A program made the position numbers and the translations under genes. Shown piece by piece: positions 38,447 through 48,389 of a stretch of DNA of 64,000 nt (positions are counted from its first letter, which is position 1; each line of letters opens with the position of its first letter). The DNA comes from Flavobacteriaceae bacterium (GTDB lineage: Bacteria > Bacteroidota > Bacteroidia > Flavobacteriales > Flavobacteriaceae): contig JABHSQ010000014.1 in NCBI GenBank assembly GCA_018669795.1, positions 26,591-90,590 on the forward strand, given 5' to 3'. The notes beneath the pieces are model-generated. The model searched no databases. It saw only the letters and a list, made by a program, of their open reading frames with translations, and had not been told where the DNA came from.

Positions 38447-38956
38447 ATGAAAAAATTACTAGATACATTACAAAGTACCGTTAAAATAAGATTTCAAGAC
38501 TGTGATCCCTTTAATCATCTAAACAATGCAGCTTATTTAAATTATTTTGTAAACGCTAGAGAAGATCAAATATTGGAACAATATGGAATCGACATCTATA
38601 AAATGGCAAGAACCATAGGAGTTAGTTGGGTTGTTGGCAGTAATCAAATAGCATATATCAATCCTGCATTTTTAATGGAGGAAGTAATCATCGAATCTCA
38701 ATTATTAAATTTTGATGAAACAAGTTTATTTATCGAATTAAAAATGTGGAATAAAGACAAAACAAAAATTAAAGCAATCATGTGGAGTTCCATTGTTCAT
38801 TTTAATTTAATAAAACAAAAAAGAGAAATACATTCTGAAGAACTAATGGAATTGTTTAAAAGTGTTCAAAATCCAATAAAAACTAGTGTATTTGAAACTA
38901 GAGTTGACTATTTTAAAAAGAATTACAAATTCTCTAAAAAACAGAAGTTTGTCTGA
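38447..38956 (+). CDS. acyl-CoA thioesterase (4HBT/YbgC-like hotdog fold)
   Basis: RFQDCDPFNHLNNAAYLNYF motif. Its ATG directly abuts the TetR stop (TAAATG). Confidence 0.8.
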   Translation: MKKLLDTLQSTVKIRFQDCDPFNHLNNAAYLNYFVNAREDQILEQYGIDIYKMARTIGVSWVVGSNQIAYINPAFLMEEVIIESQLLNFDETSLFIELKMWNKDKTKIKAIMWSSIVHFNLIKQKREIHSEELMELFKSVQNPIKTSVFETRVDYFKKNYKFSKKQKFV

Positions 38957-38988
38957 AAATAAATTAAATTTGTAATAAATATATTGGT

Positions 38989-39510
38989 ATGAAAAAAAAA
39001 ATATTCCTTATTATAATTTTATCATTTATTATTTCATGTAAATCTGATAAAAAGAAAGAAGAAGTAATCAATAATAATGCAACTATTTATTATTTAATAA
39101 GACATGCTGAAAAAGATAGAAGTACAAAAAATAAAGACCCAGTATTAAATAAACTAGGTTTAAAAAGAGCTGAAAACTGGGCAAAGGTATTTAAAGACAT
39201 CCCTTTTGATAAAATTTACTCAACAGACTACAAAAGAACTCAACAAACAGCATTTCCAACGGCATCTTCTAAAGGTTTAGATGTGCTAAGCTATGATGCA
39301 GAAAATTTATTTAATAAAAACTTCAAATATAAAACTGATAAACAAACTGTATTAATTGTTGGTCATAGCAATACGACACCAGCTTTTGTTAATGCAATTA
39401 TTGGAAAAAAAGAACATTTGCAAATTGACGATAGCGATAATGGAAAGCTTTTTATAGTTACTGTAGATGAAGGTGTGGCCTCTTTAATTATTGAAAATCA
39501 TAATGAATAA
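38989..39510 (+). CDS. histidine phosphatase family lipoprotein
   Basis: Lipobox FIISC, the RHAEK catalytic motif and a later GHSN. Confidence 0.75.
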   Translation: MKKKIFLIIILSFIISCKSDKKKEEVINNNATIYYLIRHAEKDRSTKNKDPVLNKLGLKRAENWAKVFKDIPFDKIYSTDYKRTQQTAFPTASSKGLDVLSYDAENLFNKNFKYKTDKQTVLIVGHSNTTPAFVNAIIGKKEHLQIDDSDNGKLFIVTVDEGVASLIIENHNE

Positions 39511-39698
39511 TTAATCTAAAATAGAAACTGTTTTTTCAATTTCAATTTTTAATGCCAATTTTAATTCTCCATTTATAAATACACCATTAAGATCTAAAAC
39601 ATTAGAACTTTTTTTTAAATTATTTTTATTTTAGAAAAATGAGACAATATTTAAATCTACATATATTACACAAATAGTTTGCCTATTTTTGCAATGCT

Positions 39699-40163
39699 AT
39701 GGCGATTCAGAAAACAATAAAAATAAAAAATAAAAAGGCTCGATTTGAATATGAAATCTTAGACAAATTTGTCGCAGGAATTGTTTTACAAGGAACTGAA
39801 ATAAAAGCTATTAGAGAAGGAAAAGCATCTATTACAGAGGCTTTTTGCGAGTTTAGTAATAACGAATTGTTCGTTATTAACATGACCATACAAGAGTATT
39901 CGCATGCAGCACACTTTAATCACACCCCCAAAAGTGAACGTAAACTATTGCTCAATAGAAATGAATTAAAAAAATTAGAAAAGCAAGTTAAAAATTCTGG
40001 GCTAACCATTATTCCCTTATTAATGTTCACTACAGAAAAAGGGCTTGCAAAAGTTGAAATTGCAATTTGTAAAGGAAAAAAATTATTCGATAAAAGAGAA
40101 ACCTTAAAAGACCGTGATAACCAACGTGATTTAAGTAGAATAAAAAAGGACTTCAATAAATAA
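39699..40163 (+). CDS. smpB: SsrA-binding protein SmpB
   Basis: NKKARFEYEI and GTEIK motifs. About 154 aa with a basic C-terminal tail. Confidence 0.93.
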   Translation: MAIQKTIKIKNKKARFEYEILDKFVAGIVLQGTEIKAIREGKASITEAFCEFSNNELFVINMTIQEYSHAAHFNHTPKSERKLLLNRNELKKLEKQVKNSGLTIIPLLMFTTEKGLAKVEIAICKGKKLFDKRETLKDRDNQRDLSRIKKDFNK

Positions 40164-40186
40164 GAATCTTATAGTTTCAAATCTAA

Positions 40187-40849
40187 ATGAGTACTTCAAA
40201 TAATTCGGAACCTAAAAAGAATTTAAAAGAACATTGGAATAAGGTATACACCAATAATCCAAAAGAAAAATTAGGATGGTTTGAAACTGATTTGAGTCCA
40301 ATACTTAACTTAATCAATCAAACCAAAGTCACTAATGAAGCAAGAATCATTAATATTGGAGCGGGAAGCACCACGCTAATTGACGAATTAATTAACCTTA
40401 ATTATTCCAATTTAATTGCTACTGATATCAGTGAAATTGCTTTAAAGGATTTAGTATTAAGGGTTGGAAAAGAAAACATAAATACCATAGTTGACGATCT
40501 TACAAAACCTCAATTATTAAAGCATATAGAACCAGTAGATCTTTGGATAGATAGAGCGGTACTTCACTTTTTTACAAACCCTAAGGAGCAAAAAAATTAC
40601 TTTGAATTGCTTTCGAATACCGTAAAATTAAATGGATATGTCATATTAGCTCAATTTAATACTAATAGTGCTAAATTTTGTTCTGGACTCCCAGTTTTTC
40701 AGTATAATAAAGAATTATTAGAAAAGCAACTAGAAAGTAGTTTTACATTAATAGACTTTTTTAATTATACCTATACGATGCCTTCTGGCGACAAAAGAGA
40801 ATACATTTACACACTCTTTAAAAAAAAAATAAAATGGGAAAACGTCTAA
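40187..40849 (+). CDS. class I SAM-dependent methyltransferase
   Basis: INIGAGST glycine-rich SAM motif followed by an acidic residue (ATD). Confidence 0.75.
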   Translation: MSTSNNSEPKKNLKEHWNKVYTNNPKEKLGWFETDLSPILNLINQTKVTNEARIINIGAGSTTLIDELINLNYSNLIATDISEIALKDLVLRVGKENINTIVDDLTKPQLLKHIEPVDLWIDRAVLHFFTNPKEQKNYFELLSNTVKLNGYVILAQFNTNSAKFCSGLPVFQYNKELLEKQLESSFTLIDFFNYTYTMPSGDKREYIYTLFKKKIKWENV

Positions 40850-41367
40850 AAGAATTAAACCCTGCATTGCAAAACTTTATAGAAGATCAAAAAATATTTT
40901 TTGTTGGTACGGCAAGAAGTCAAGGCAGTGTAAATGTTTCTCCAAAAGGAATGGATACATTTAGGATTATTAATAACAGAAGTATTGTTTGGTTAAACCT
41001 TACGGGGAGTGGTAATGAAACAGCAGCTCATTTATTAGAAAATAACCGAATGACTATTATGTTTTGTTCCTTTGAAGAAATGCCATTGATCCTTAGGATT
41101 TATGGTAATGCTAAAATATATCATGAAAACGACAAAGAATACGGAAATTTTATTTCTCTTTTTGATGATTATGTAGGTGCTCGGCAAATTATAGAAATGG
41201 ATATCAACTTAGTGCAAACCTCTTGTGGCTATGCAGTACCATTTATGGGTTTCAACGAAGAACGCTCTCAATTAAAAGATTCAGATATTAAAAAAGGAAG
41301 AGACGGAGTTAAACAATACTGGAAAGACAATAATACTAAGAGTCTTGATGGATATGAAACTAAATAA
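40834..41367 (+). CDS. pyridoxamine 5'-phosphate oxidase family (FMN-binding split-barrel) protein
   Basis: The FFVGTA...VNVSPKG pattern is typical of the family. It overlaps the upstream gene by 16 nt. Confidence 0.75.
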   Translation: MGKRLKELNPALQNFIEDQKIFFVGTARSQGSVNVSPKGMDTFRIINNRSIVWLNLTGSGNETAAHLLENNRMTIMFCSFEEMPLILRIYGNAKIYHENDKEYGNFISLFDDYVGARQIIEMDINLVQTSCGYAVPFMGFNEERSQLKDSDIKKGRDGVKQYWKDNNTKSLDGYETK

Positions 41368-41381
41368 TCTTTACTTAATTT

Positions 41382-42023
41382 CTAATTTTTGTTTTCTAAT
41401 AAAGGTACAAATCGAAACTCCCCAAATTCTTCTTTATTAAATCCGGTTGCCGAAACACGTGTAAAAACAGTCATTATTTGGCTTTCACATCCAACAGGAA
41501 TAACTAACCTAGCTCCTATTCTTAATTGTGCTAGCAATGGTTTTGGTACTAAAGGTGCACCAGCGGTTACGACAATACCATCAAAAGGCGCTTCTACTTT
41601 AAGTCCTTTATAACCATCACCAAATATGAGTTTTTTAGCCCTATAACCAAGTTTAGGCAAGAATAGTTTCGTTTTTTTGAACAACTCGTTTTGGCGCTCA
41701 ATTGAGTAAACTTGCATACCCATTTCTAATAGAACTGCTGTTTGATAACCACTTCCAGTACCAATTTCCAAGATTTTGGATTCTTTTTTTACAGCTAAAA
41801 GTTCCGATTGTCTAGCCACTGTATAGGGCTGAGAAATGGTTTGATCGGCTCCAATTGGAAAGGCTTTATCCACATAAGCATGATCAATAAACCCGGAATC
41901 CATAAATAAATGACGAGGAACTTTATCGATTGCAATTAAAACTTCTATATCAGTAATACCCTTGTTTTTAAGGGTAGCTACTAATTTTTTCCGCATTCCT
42001 TTATGGGTAAACGTATCTTGCAA
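41382..42023 (-). CDS. pcm: protein-L-isoaspartate O-methyltransferase
   Basis: QTISQPY and LEIGTGSGYQTAVL motifs, 213 aa. Confidence 0.9.
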   Translation of the reverse strand: MQDTFTHKGMRKKLVATLKNKGITDIEVLIAIDKVPRHLFMDSGFIDHAYVDKAFPIGADQTISQPYTVARQSELLAVKKESKILEIGTGSGYQTAVLLEMGMQVYSIERQNELFKKTKLFLPKLGYRAKKLIFGDGYKGLKVEAPFDGIVVTAGAPLVPKPLLAQLRIGARLVIPVGCESQIMTVFTRVSATGFNKEEFGEFRFVPLLENKN

Positions 42024-42258
42024 GGATTAATTTTTATAAAGTTTAACAATTTTTGATTTCTGTTCTGAAAATATATTTAAAAAATATATTCCAGAGGGTA
42101 GGTTTTAATTTAAACAAATGTACAAACTTAAGCTGCGAAGTCATAGATTGTAAATAAAAAAACATTCTTATTTTTTGCATTAACAACAAGTCAATAACTA
42201 AGCGACTTTATAAGATCATTTAGATAAATACTATTATCTTTGTAAAAAACAGATTTCA

Positions 42259-43227
42259 ATGTTAAACGCAGGAGTTTTAGGCGCAGGTCACCTAGGTAAA
42301 ATTCATTTAAAGCTATTAAATCAATCTACAAAATACAATCTTGTTGGTTTTTATGATTCCGATTCTGAAGCAGCAAAAAGGGTTTCAAAAGAATTTGGTT
42401 ATAAAATTTTTCCTACAATGGAGGATTTAATTGAAGCTTGTGATATGGTTGATGTAGTAACTCCTACGCTATTTCATTTTGATTGCGCAAAAAAAATTCT
42501 AGATGCTGGTAGGCATTTATTTATAGAAAAGCCAATTACAAAAACCGTTCAAGAGGCTGAAACTATTAGAGAATTGGCTAAAAAAAATGGAGTTAGAGGA
42601 CAAGTAGGTCAAGTAGAACGATTTAATCCAGCTTTTACTGCAGTAAATAAACAAATTGATAATCCAATGTTTATTGAGTCACATCGTTTAGCAGAATTTA
42701 ACCCCAGAGGTACCGACGTATCGGTTGTATTAGATTTAATGATTCATGATATTGATGCCATTCTAAGTGTAGTAAAATCTAAGGTAAAAACAGTGACTGC
42801 AAACGGCGTTTCAGTAATAAGCCAAACACCAGACATTGCCAATGCTCGGATTGAATTTGAAAATGGCTGTGTAGCTAATCTTACTGCTAGCAGAATCTCG
42901 ATGAAGAATATGAGAAAATCTAGGTTTTTTCAAAAAGACGCCTATATCTCTATTGATTTTTTAGAAAAGAAATGTGAAGTGGTAAAAATGAAAGATGCTC
43001 CCAAGAATCCAGATGATTTTGCGATGATTTTAACCAATGCAGAGGGAGTTAAAAAACAAATTTATTTTGAAAATCCAACTGTAGATGCTAACAATGCCAT
43101 TTTAGATGAATTAGAAGCATTTGCAGATGCTATTAATACGAACACCACGCCTATTGTAACTTTAGCACAAGGAACGGAAGCCCTAAGAATTGCAATGCAA
43201 GTAATAGAAAACTTTAAAGAAATATAA
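42259..43227 (+). CDS. Gfo/Idh/MocA family oxidoreductase
   Basis: N-terminal Rossmann motif GVLGAGHLGKIH and the EKP motif (LFIEKPI). Confidence 0.8.
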   Translation: MLNAGVLGAGHLGKIHLKLLNQSTKYNLVGFYDSDSEAAKRVSKEFGYKIFPTMEDLIEACDMVDVVTPTLFHFDCAKKILDAGRHLFIEKPITKTVQEAETIRELAKKNGVRGQVGQVERFNPAFTAVNKQIDNPMFIESHRLAEFNPRGTDVSVVLDLMIHDIDAILSVVKSKVKTVTANGVSVISQTPDIANARIEFENGCVANLTASRISMKNMRKSRFFQKDAYISIDFLEKKCEVVKMKDAPKNPDDFAMILTNAEGVKKQIYFENPTVDANNAILDELEAFADAINTNTTPIVTLAQGTEALRIAMQVIENFKEI

Positions 43228-43270
43228 AATTAAGTTTAATTAAAAAATACCCGTATACGCGGGCCTAAAT

Positions 43271-44158
43271 ATGAAAAATATTGCAGTTATAGGAGCAGGA
43301 ACTATGGGAAATGGTATTGCTCACACCTTTGCTCAATTTGATTATAAAGTACAACTAATTGATCTTTCAGAAAATTCATTGAAAAAAGGAATAGCGACTA
43401 TTACCAAAAATTTGGATAGGATGATTGCTAAAGGAAGAATTACTGAAGAAGATAAATTACGTACTCTTAATAATATAAATACCTGCACTAGTTTACAAGA
43501 AGGGGTCAAATATTCAAGTTTAGTAGTAGAAGCAGCAACAGAAAATTTAGAGTTAAAACTAAATATCTTCAAAGATTTAGATAAATTTTGCCCTGAAGGT
43601 GCGATTCTAGCGAGTAATACGTCTTCTATTTCTATCACACAAATTGCTGCAGTAACATCTAGACCTGAAATGGTCATTGGGATGCACTTTATGAACCCCG
43701 TTCCAATTATGAAATTAGTTGAAATTATAAAAGGTTATAATACGTGTCAAGAAACCTATGATATAGTAAATGGAATTACAGAAAAATTAAATAAAACACC
43801 TGTTGAAGTTAATGATTATCCTGGTTTTGTTGCAAATCGTATTTTAATGCCTATGATTAACGAGGCTATTGAAACCTTATATAATGGTGTTGCTGGTGTT
43901 CAAGAAATAGATACTGTAATGAAATTAGGAATGGCTCACCCAATGGGACCTTTACAATTAGCAGATTTTATTGGATTGGATATATGCTTGTCTATTTTAA
44001 ATGTAATGTATGATGGATTTAAAAATCCAAAATATGCTCCTTGTCCATTATTAGTCAATATGGTTAGCGCTGGAAAACTAGGTATTAAAAGTGGAGAAGG
44101 ATTTTACGATTACAGCGGAAGCAGAAGAGCTGAAAATGTATCAAAGCAATTCATATAA
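43271..44158 (+). CDS. 3-hydroxybutyryl-CoA / 3-hydroxyacyl-CoA dehydrogenase
   Basis: GAGTMGNGIAH, SNTSS and PGFV.NR motifs, 295 aa. Confidence 0.85.
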   Translation: MKNIAVIGAGTMGNGIAHTFAQFDYKVQLIDLSENSLKKGIATITKNLDRMIAKGRITEEDKLRTLNNINTCTSLQEGVKYSSLVVEAATENLELKLNIFKDLDKFCPEGAILASNTSSISITQIAAVTSRPEMVIGMHFMNPVPIMKLVEIIKGYNTCQETYDIVNGITEKLNKTPVEVNDYPGFVANRILMPMINEAIETLYNGVAGVQEIDTVMKLGMAHPMGPLQLADFIGLDICLSILNVMYDGFKNPKYAPCPLLVNMVSAGKLGIKSGEGFYDYSGSRRAENVSKQFI

Positions 44159-44203
44159 TTTTATAGTAGTATTTTTAAAATAAAATACTAAAACCCAAAT
44201 ACC

Positions 44204-45442
44204 ATGGCAAAAATTATTCCTTTTAAGGCGGTACGACCTACTCGAGACAAAGTGGGATTAATTGCTTCTAGATCTTATGAAAGTTATTCTACGAAGGAAA
44301 AAAATGCCCGATTAAGAGACAATCCATTTTTATTTTTACATATTGTAAATCCGGGATATAAATATCAAAAAACAATTACTGGAGAAAGACGCTATACATT
44401 AGTTCGCAATCGATACAGAGAATTTAAAGAAGATGGTTCTTTTATACAAGATGAAAATTCATGCTTTTATTTTTATAAGATTATAAGTAAAGAGGGTCAT
44501 GAGTCCAATGGTATTATAGCTGGAGCAAGCACCTTAGATTATCAAAATAATATTATAAAAAAGCATGAAAACACGTTAGTACGGAAAGAAATTATATTCG
44601 AACAATACTTAAAAACTGTTGGATTTAATGCAGAACCCGTTTTACTCACCTATCCAGATAATGATCAATTAAAAAAAATTATAGAATCTGTAATGCTGTC
44701 TAGAGCAGAATATGAATTTACGACCACTTATAGAGATACTCATTACGTTTGGAATGTAGATGATGAAAAGGTTATTAAAAAAGTAGAAGCTATTTTTTCA
44801 AAAATGAATAAACTTTATATTGCTGATGGTCACCATAGATCTGCTTCTTCTAGCTTATTAGCAAACCATTTAAAAAATGAAAATCCAGATCATAATGGAG
44901 AAGAACCTTATAATTTCTTTATGAGTTATTTAATTCCTGAAAGTGAATTGCAAATTTACGAATTCAATAGATTAATTAAGGATCTAAATGGTTTGAGCAA
45001 AGAAGAGTTTTTAATTTCTATTGATGAATTTTTTAGGATTAAAAATCGAGGAAATAATTATTATAAACCCAGTAAAAAACATCATTTTAGTATGTATTTA
45101 GATGGTGAATACTATTCTTTATACTTACGTAAAGAAGAATACGAAATTAAAAACTCTTTAGATACTCTCGATGTACAAATACTATTCGACACTATTTTAA
45201 AACCAATACTAGGGATTAATGATTTGCGTAATGACAACCGAATTGAATACCCACACGGTAAAACAGATTTAGCCTATATTAAATCGATGATAGATTCAAA
45301 TAAATTTGCTGTTGGTTTTAGCTTACTTCCAATAACGATTCAAGAATTAAAAAATGTTGCTGATGAGGGATTAACTATGCCTCCAAAAAGCACTTTTATA
45401 GAGCCTAAATTACGCAGTGGAATAACAATATATGAATTTTAG
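44204..45442 (+). CDS. DUF1015 domain-containing protein
   Basis: The N-terminus I.PFKA.RP and the IADGHHR motif are typical of DUF1015. Confidence 0.8.
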   Translation: MAKIIPFKAVRPTRDKVGLIASRSYESYSTKEKNARLRDNPFLFLHIVNPGYKYQKTITGERRYTLVRNRYREFKEDGSFIQDENSCFYFYKIISKEGHESNGIIAGASTLDYQNNIIKKHENTLVRKEIIFEQYLKTVGFNAEPVLLTYPDNDQLKKIIESVMLSRAEYEFTTTYRDTHYVWNVDDEKVIKKVEAIFSKMNKLYIADGHHRSASSSLLANHLKNENPDHNGEEPYNFFMSYLIPESELQIYEFNRLIKDLNGLSKEEFLISIDEFFRIKNRGNNYYKPSKKHHFSMYLDGEYYSLYLRKEEYEIKNSLDTLDVQILFDTILKPILGINDLRNDNRIEYPHGKTDLAYIKSMIDSNKFAVGFSLLPITIQELKNVADEGLTMPPKSTFIEPKLRSGITIYEF

Positions 45443-45445
45443 AAC

Positions 45446-46108
45446 ATGAGTATTTCAGAAAATATATTAAAAATAAAATCCAAACTTCCTGAAGGTGTTT
45501 CTTTAGTAGCAGTTTCAAAAACCAAACCCATTAGTGATCTGTTAGAAGCTTATAATGTAGGACAACGTATTTTTGGGGAAAATAAAATTCAGGAAATGGC
45601 TTCTAAATATAATGAAATGCCAAAAGATATAGCTTGGCATATGATAGGCCACATTCAAAGAAATAAGGTGAAATACATGGCTCCTTTTGTGAGTTTAATT
45701 CATGGGGTTGATAGTTTACGATTGTTAACTGAAATAAATAAACAAGCTTTAAAAAATAATAGAATTATAGATTGTTTGCTTCAGGTAAAAATAGCAGCCG
45801 AAGAAAATAAATTCGGTTTATCAGAAAATGAAGTATTAAATTTATTAGGGTCAGAAGAAATTAAAACTTTTCAAAATATAAAAATTATTGGATTAATGGG
45901 AATGGCTACATTTACAAACAATCAAGAACAACTTCAGAAAGAATTTGAAATATTAAAATGTATTTTTGATAATCTTACTCATCTGAACTCTACTAATTAT
46001 AATTTAAAAACGCTTTCTATGGGTATGAGTGATGATTACCCTATTGCTATAAAAAATGGAAGTACCATGATTCGAGTTGGAAGTTCAATTTTTGGTAAAA
46101 GAACTTAA
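45446..46108 (+). CDS. YggS family pyridoxal-phosphate homeostasis protein
   Basis: LVAVSKTKP (PLP lysine), GHIQRNK and LSMGMS.D motifs. Confidence 0.88.
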   Translation: MSISENILKIKSKLPEGVSLVAVSKTKPISDLLEAYNVGQRIFGENKIQEMASKYNEMPKDIAWHMIGHIQRNKVKYMAPFVSLIHGVDSLRLLTEINKQALKNNRIIDCLLQVKIAAEENKFGLSENEVLNLLGSEEIKTFQNIKIIGLMGMATFTNNQEQLQKEFEILKCIFDNLTHLNSTNYNLKTLSMGMSDDYPIAIKNGSTMIRVGSSIFGKRT

Positions 46109-46122
46109 CATAAATTAAGAAA

Positions 46123-47499
46123 TTGTACGCAATCCTAGACATAGAAACTACTGGTGGTAAATACAATGAAGAAGGTATCACAGAAATTGCCATTTATAAA
46201 TTTGATGGTCATCAAATAGTTGATCAATTTTGTAGTTTAGTTAACCCAGAAAGAAACATTCAACCTTTTGTTATTAACCTAACAGGAATTAACAATCAAA
46301 TGCTTCGGAATGCTCCAAAATTTCATGAAGTTGCTAAGCGAATTATTGAAATAACAGATAATTGTACTATTGTAGCGCATAATGCTCAATTTGATAATAG
46401 AATTCTTAGTACCGAGTTTGATAGATTGGGATATCCATTTGAGAAAAATATGCTTTGTACAGTTGAATTATCTAAAAAATTAATTCCAGATCTTCCCTCC
46501 TACAGTTTAGGAAAATTAGTAAGATCACTTGGCATTCCAATAACAGATCGCCATCGAGCTCAAGGCGATGCGAAAGCTACTGTAGAATTATTTAAGTTAT
46601 TATTAGAAAAAGATATTGAAAAAGTAATTATTTCAGATACTATAAAAAAAGGCTCTAAAAGACAGTTAGCGCCTAAATTATTAGATATAATTGAAGCTGC
46701 CCCAACAACTATAGGTGTATATTATATGCATCGGAAAAATGGAAAAATTATTTACGTTGGTAAAAGTACTAACATAAAAAAAAGACTTATTCAGCATTTT
46801 ACAGATGATAATAAAAAATCTAAAAAAATTCAACTTGAAGTAGTATCTGTTAGTTATGAAGGAACAGGAAACAATTTAATAGCTCAACTAAAAGAAAGTC
46901 AAGAAATAAAAAAGTTGAAGCCCATTTTTAATCACGCACTAAAAACAAGTATCTTTCAGAGTCAACTATATTCATATATGGATGATAATGGCTATGTAAA
47001 CTTAAGAATTGAAAAAGTTCCAATGGAACAAGAAGAAGAAAAAAAAATAATTACAACATTCACTAATTACCAACAAGCAAAGAGTTTATTGTATAAAATA
47101 ACAGATGAATTTCATCTTTGTCAAAAATTAAATCATTTAGAAAAAACAGAAGGAGCTTGTTTTAATCATGGCTTAAAAACCTGCCATGGGGCCTGTATTG
47201 AGTTAGAAACACCCATTGATTACAATACAAGAGTTCAAAAATTTATCGAAAAAAGCAGTTATGAATTTGATGATATGCTTTTAATAGATAAAGGAAGGTC
47301 TATTCAGGAACATTCTGTAATTTTAATTAAAAATGGAACCTATAGGGGTTACGGGTTTTTTAATCTTAATTTTCAAATTAACAATCCAGAAGTATTAAAA
47401 TCTATTATAAATCCCATGGAAAATAATAGAGATACGCAACACATTATACAGAGTTATTTAAGAAAAAATAAAGTTCAAAAAATTCTAAAATTAGAATAG
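46123..47499 (+). CDS. DEDDh 3'-5' exonuclease (DnaQ-like) fused to a GIY-YIG (Cho/UvrC-N-like) nuclease domain
   Basis: The exonuclease motifs are AILDIETTG, VAHNAQFD and HRAQGDA. They are followed by GVYYM...IIYVGKS.N...R GIY-YIG motifs. TTG start. Confidence 0.8.
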   Translation: MYAILDIETTGGKYNEEGITEIAIYKFDGHQIVDQFCSLVNPERNIQPFVINLTGINNQMLRNAPKFHEVAKRIIEITDNCTIVAHNAQFDNRILSTEFDRLGYPFEKNMLCTVELSKKLIPDLPSYSLGKLVRSLGIPITDRHRAQGDAKATVELFKLLLEKDIEKVIISDTIKKGSKRQLAPKLLDIIEAAPTTIGVYYMHRKNGKIIYVGKSTNIKKRLIQHFTDDNKKSKKIQLEVVSVSYEGTGNNLIAQLKESQEIKKLKPIFNHALKTSIFQSQLYSYMDDNGYVNLRIEKVPMEQEEEKKIITTFTNYQQAKSLLYKITDEFHLCQKLNHLEKTEGACFNHGLKTCHGACIELETPIDYNTRVQKFIEKSSYEFDDMLLIDKGRSIQEHSVILIKNGTYRGYGFFNLNFQINNPEVLKSIINPMENNRDTQHIIQSYLRKNKVQKILKLE

Positions 47500-47617
47500 T
47501 TTTTAGATGAACAATCTTTTCCTTAACTTTATATTTTAATTACATTTTATCAAAAATTTACCAGAAAATAATTGGCGCAAAAAAATTCATGATATCATTT
47601 ATGAAGCAGATACACCC

Positions 47618-48388
47618 TTGGGTAAGCTTTTCGATATTATTTTACTAATCCTTATTGTATTGAGTATTATTCTTGTAATGCTTGAAAGTGTTCAGGAATT
47701 TGATCAAAAATATCATGATGTGTTCTATTATGGAGAATGGGTCATAACCATCTTTTTTTCAATTGAATATGTTGCTAGAATTATTACTGTAAAAAGACCT
47801 TCAAAATATATTTTTAGTTTTTATGGAATTATTGATTTTCTTTCTACCATACCTTTGTACCTATCATTTTTTATAGTAGGGTCACAAACTTTAATAACAG
47901 TAAGAGCATTGCGATTACTGAGAGTTTTTAGAATACTAAAAATTACCCGTTATGTTGGAGAATCCAATAAATTAAAAAATGCATTAATACATAGTCGTGT
48001 TAAAATATTTATTTTTCTATTTACTGTTTTTATTATTGCTATTATATCAGGTACAGTGATGTATTTAGTTGAAGGCAAAGAAAGCGGATTCACAAATATC
48101 CCTGTTAGTATATATTGGAGTATTGTGACACTAACTACAGTTGGATATGGAGATATTGCTCCAATAACACCATTAGGCCAATTAATTTCTTCTTTTATAA
48201 TGATTTTAGGTTATGGTATCATTGCTGTTCCTACCGGAATTGTAAGTGCTGAATATTCAAGAGCTAAAGATAAACAAGTACATGTAAACACAAGGGTTTG
48301 TAGTCAATGTCATGAAAAACTACATGTAGATGATTCTAATTATTGCCATCATTGTGGGGCAATATTATATCCAGAAATAAAAAATTAA
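47618..48388 (+). CDS. voltage-gated K+ channel (ion transport family) with a C-terminal zinc-ribbon
   Basis: S4 sequence RALRLLRVFRILKITR, selectivity filter TTVGYGD, and a C-terminal CxxC-X11-CxxC. The TTG start is the first canonical start, but conserved sequence continues upstream (see findings). Confidence 0.85.
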   Translation: MGKLFDIILLILIVLSIILVMLESVQEFDQKYHDVFYYGEWVITIFFSIEYVARIITVKRPSKYIFSFYGIIDFLSTIPLYLSFFIVGSQTLITVRALRLLRVFRILKITRYVGESNKLKNALIHSRVKIFIFLFTVFIIAIISGTVMYLVEGKESGFTNIPVSIYWSIVTLTTVGYGDIAPITPLGQLISSFIMILGYGIIAVPTGIVSAEYSRAKDKQVHVNTRVCSQCHEKLHVDDSNYCHHCGAILYPEIKN

Positions 48389-48389
48389 A

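Noticed and set aside
39520-39625. A minus-strand reading frame that looks like a protein C-terminus (...KKSSNVLDLNGVFINGELKLALKIEIEKTVSILD*) in the spacer upstream of smpB.
   Set aside because: It is open for only about 33 codons, has no start codon, and is preceded by in-frame stops. At best it is a decayed gene remnant, and it cannot be supported without a homology search.
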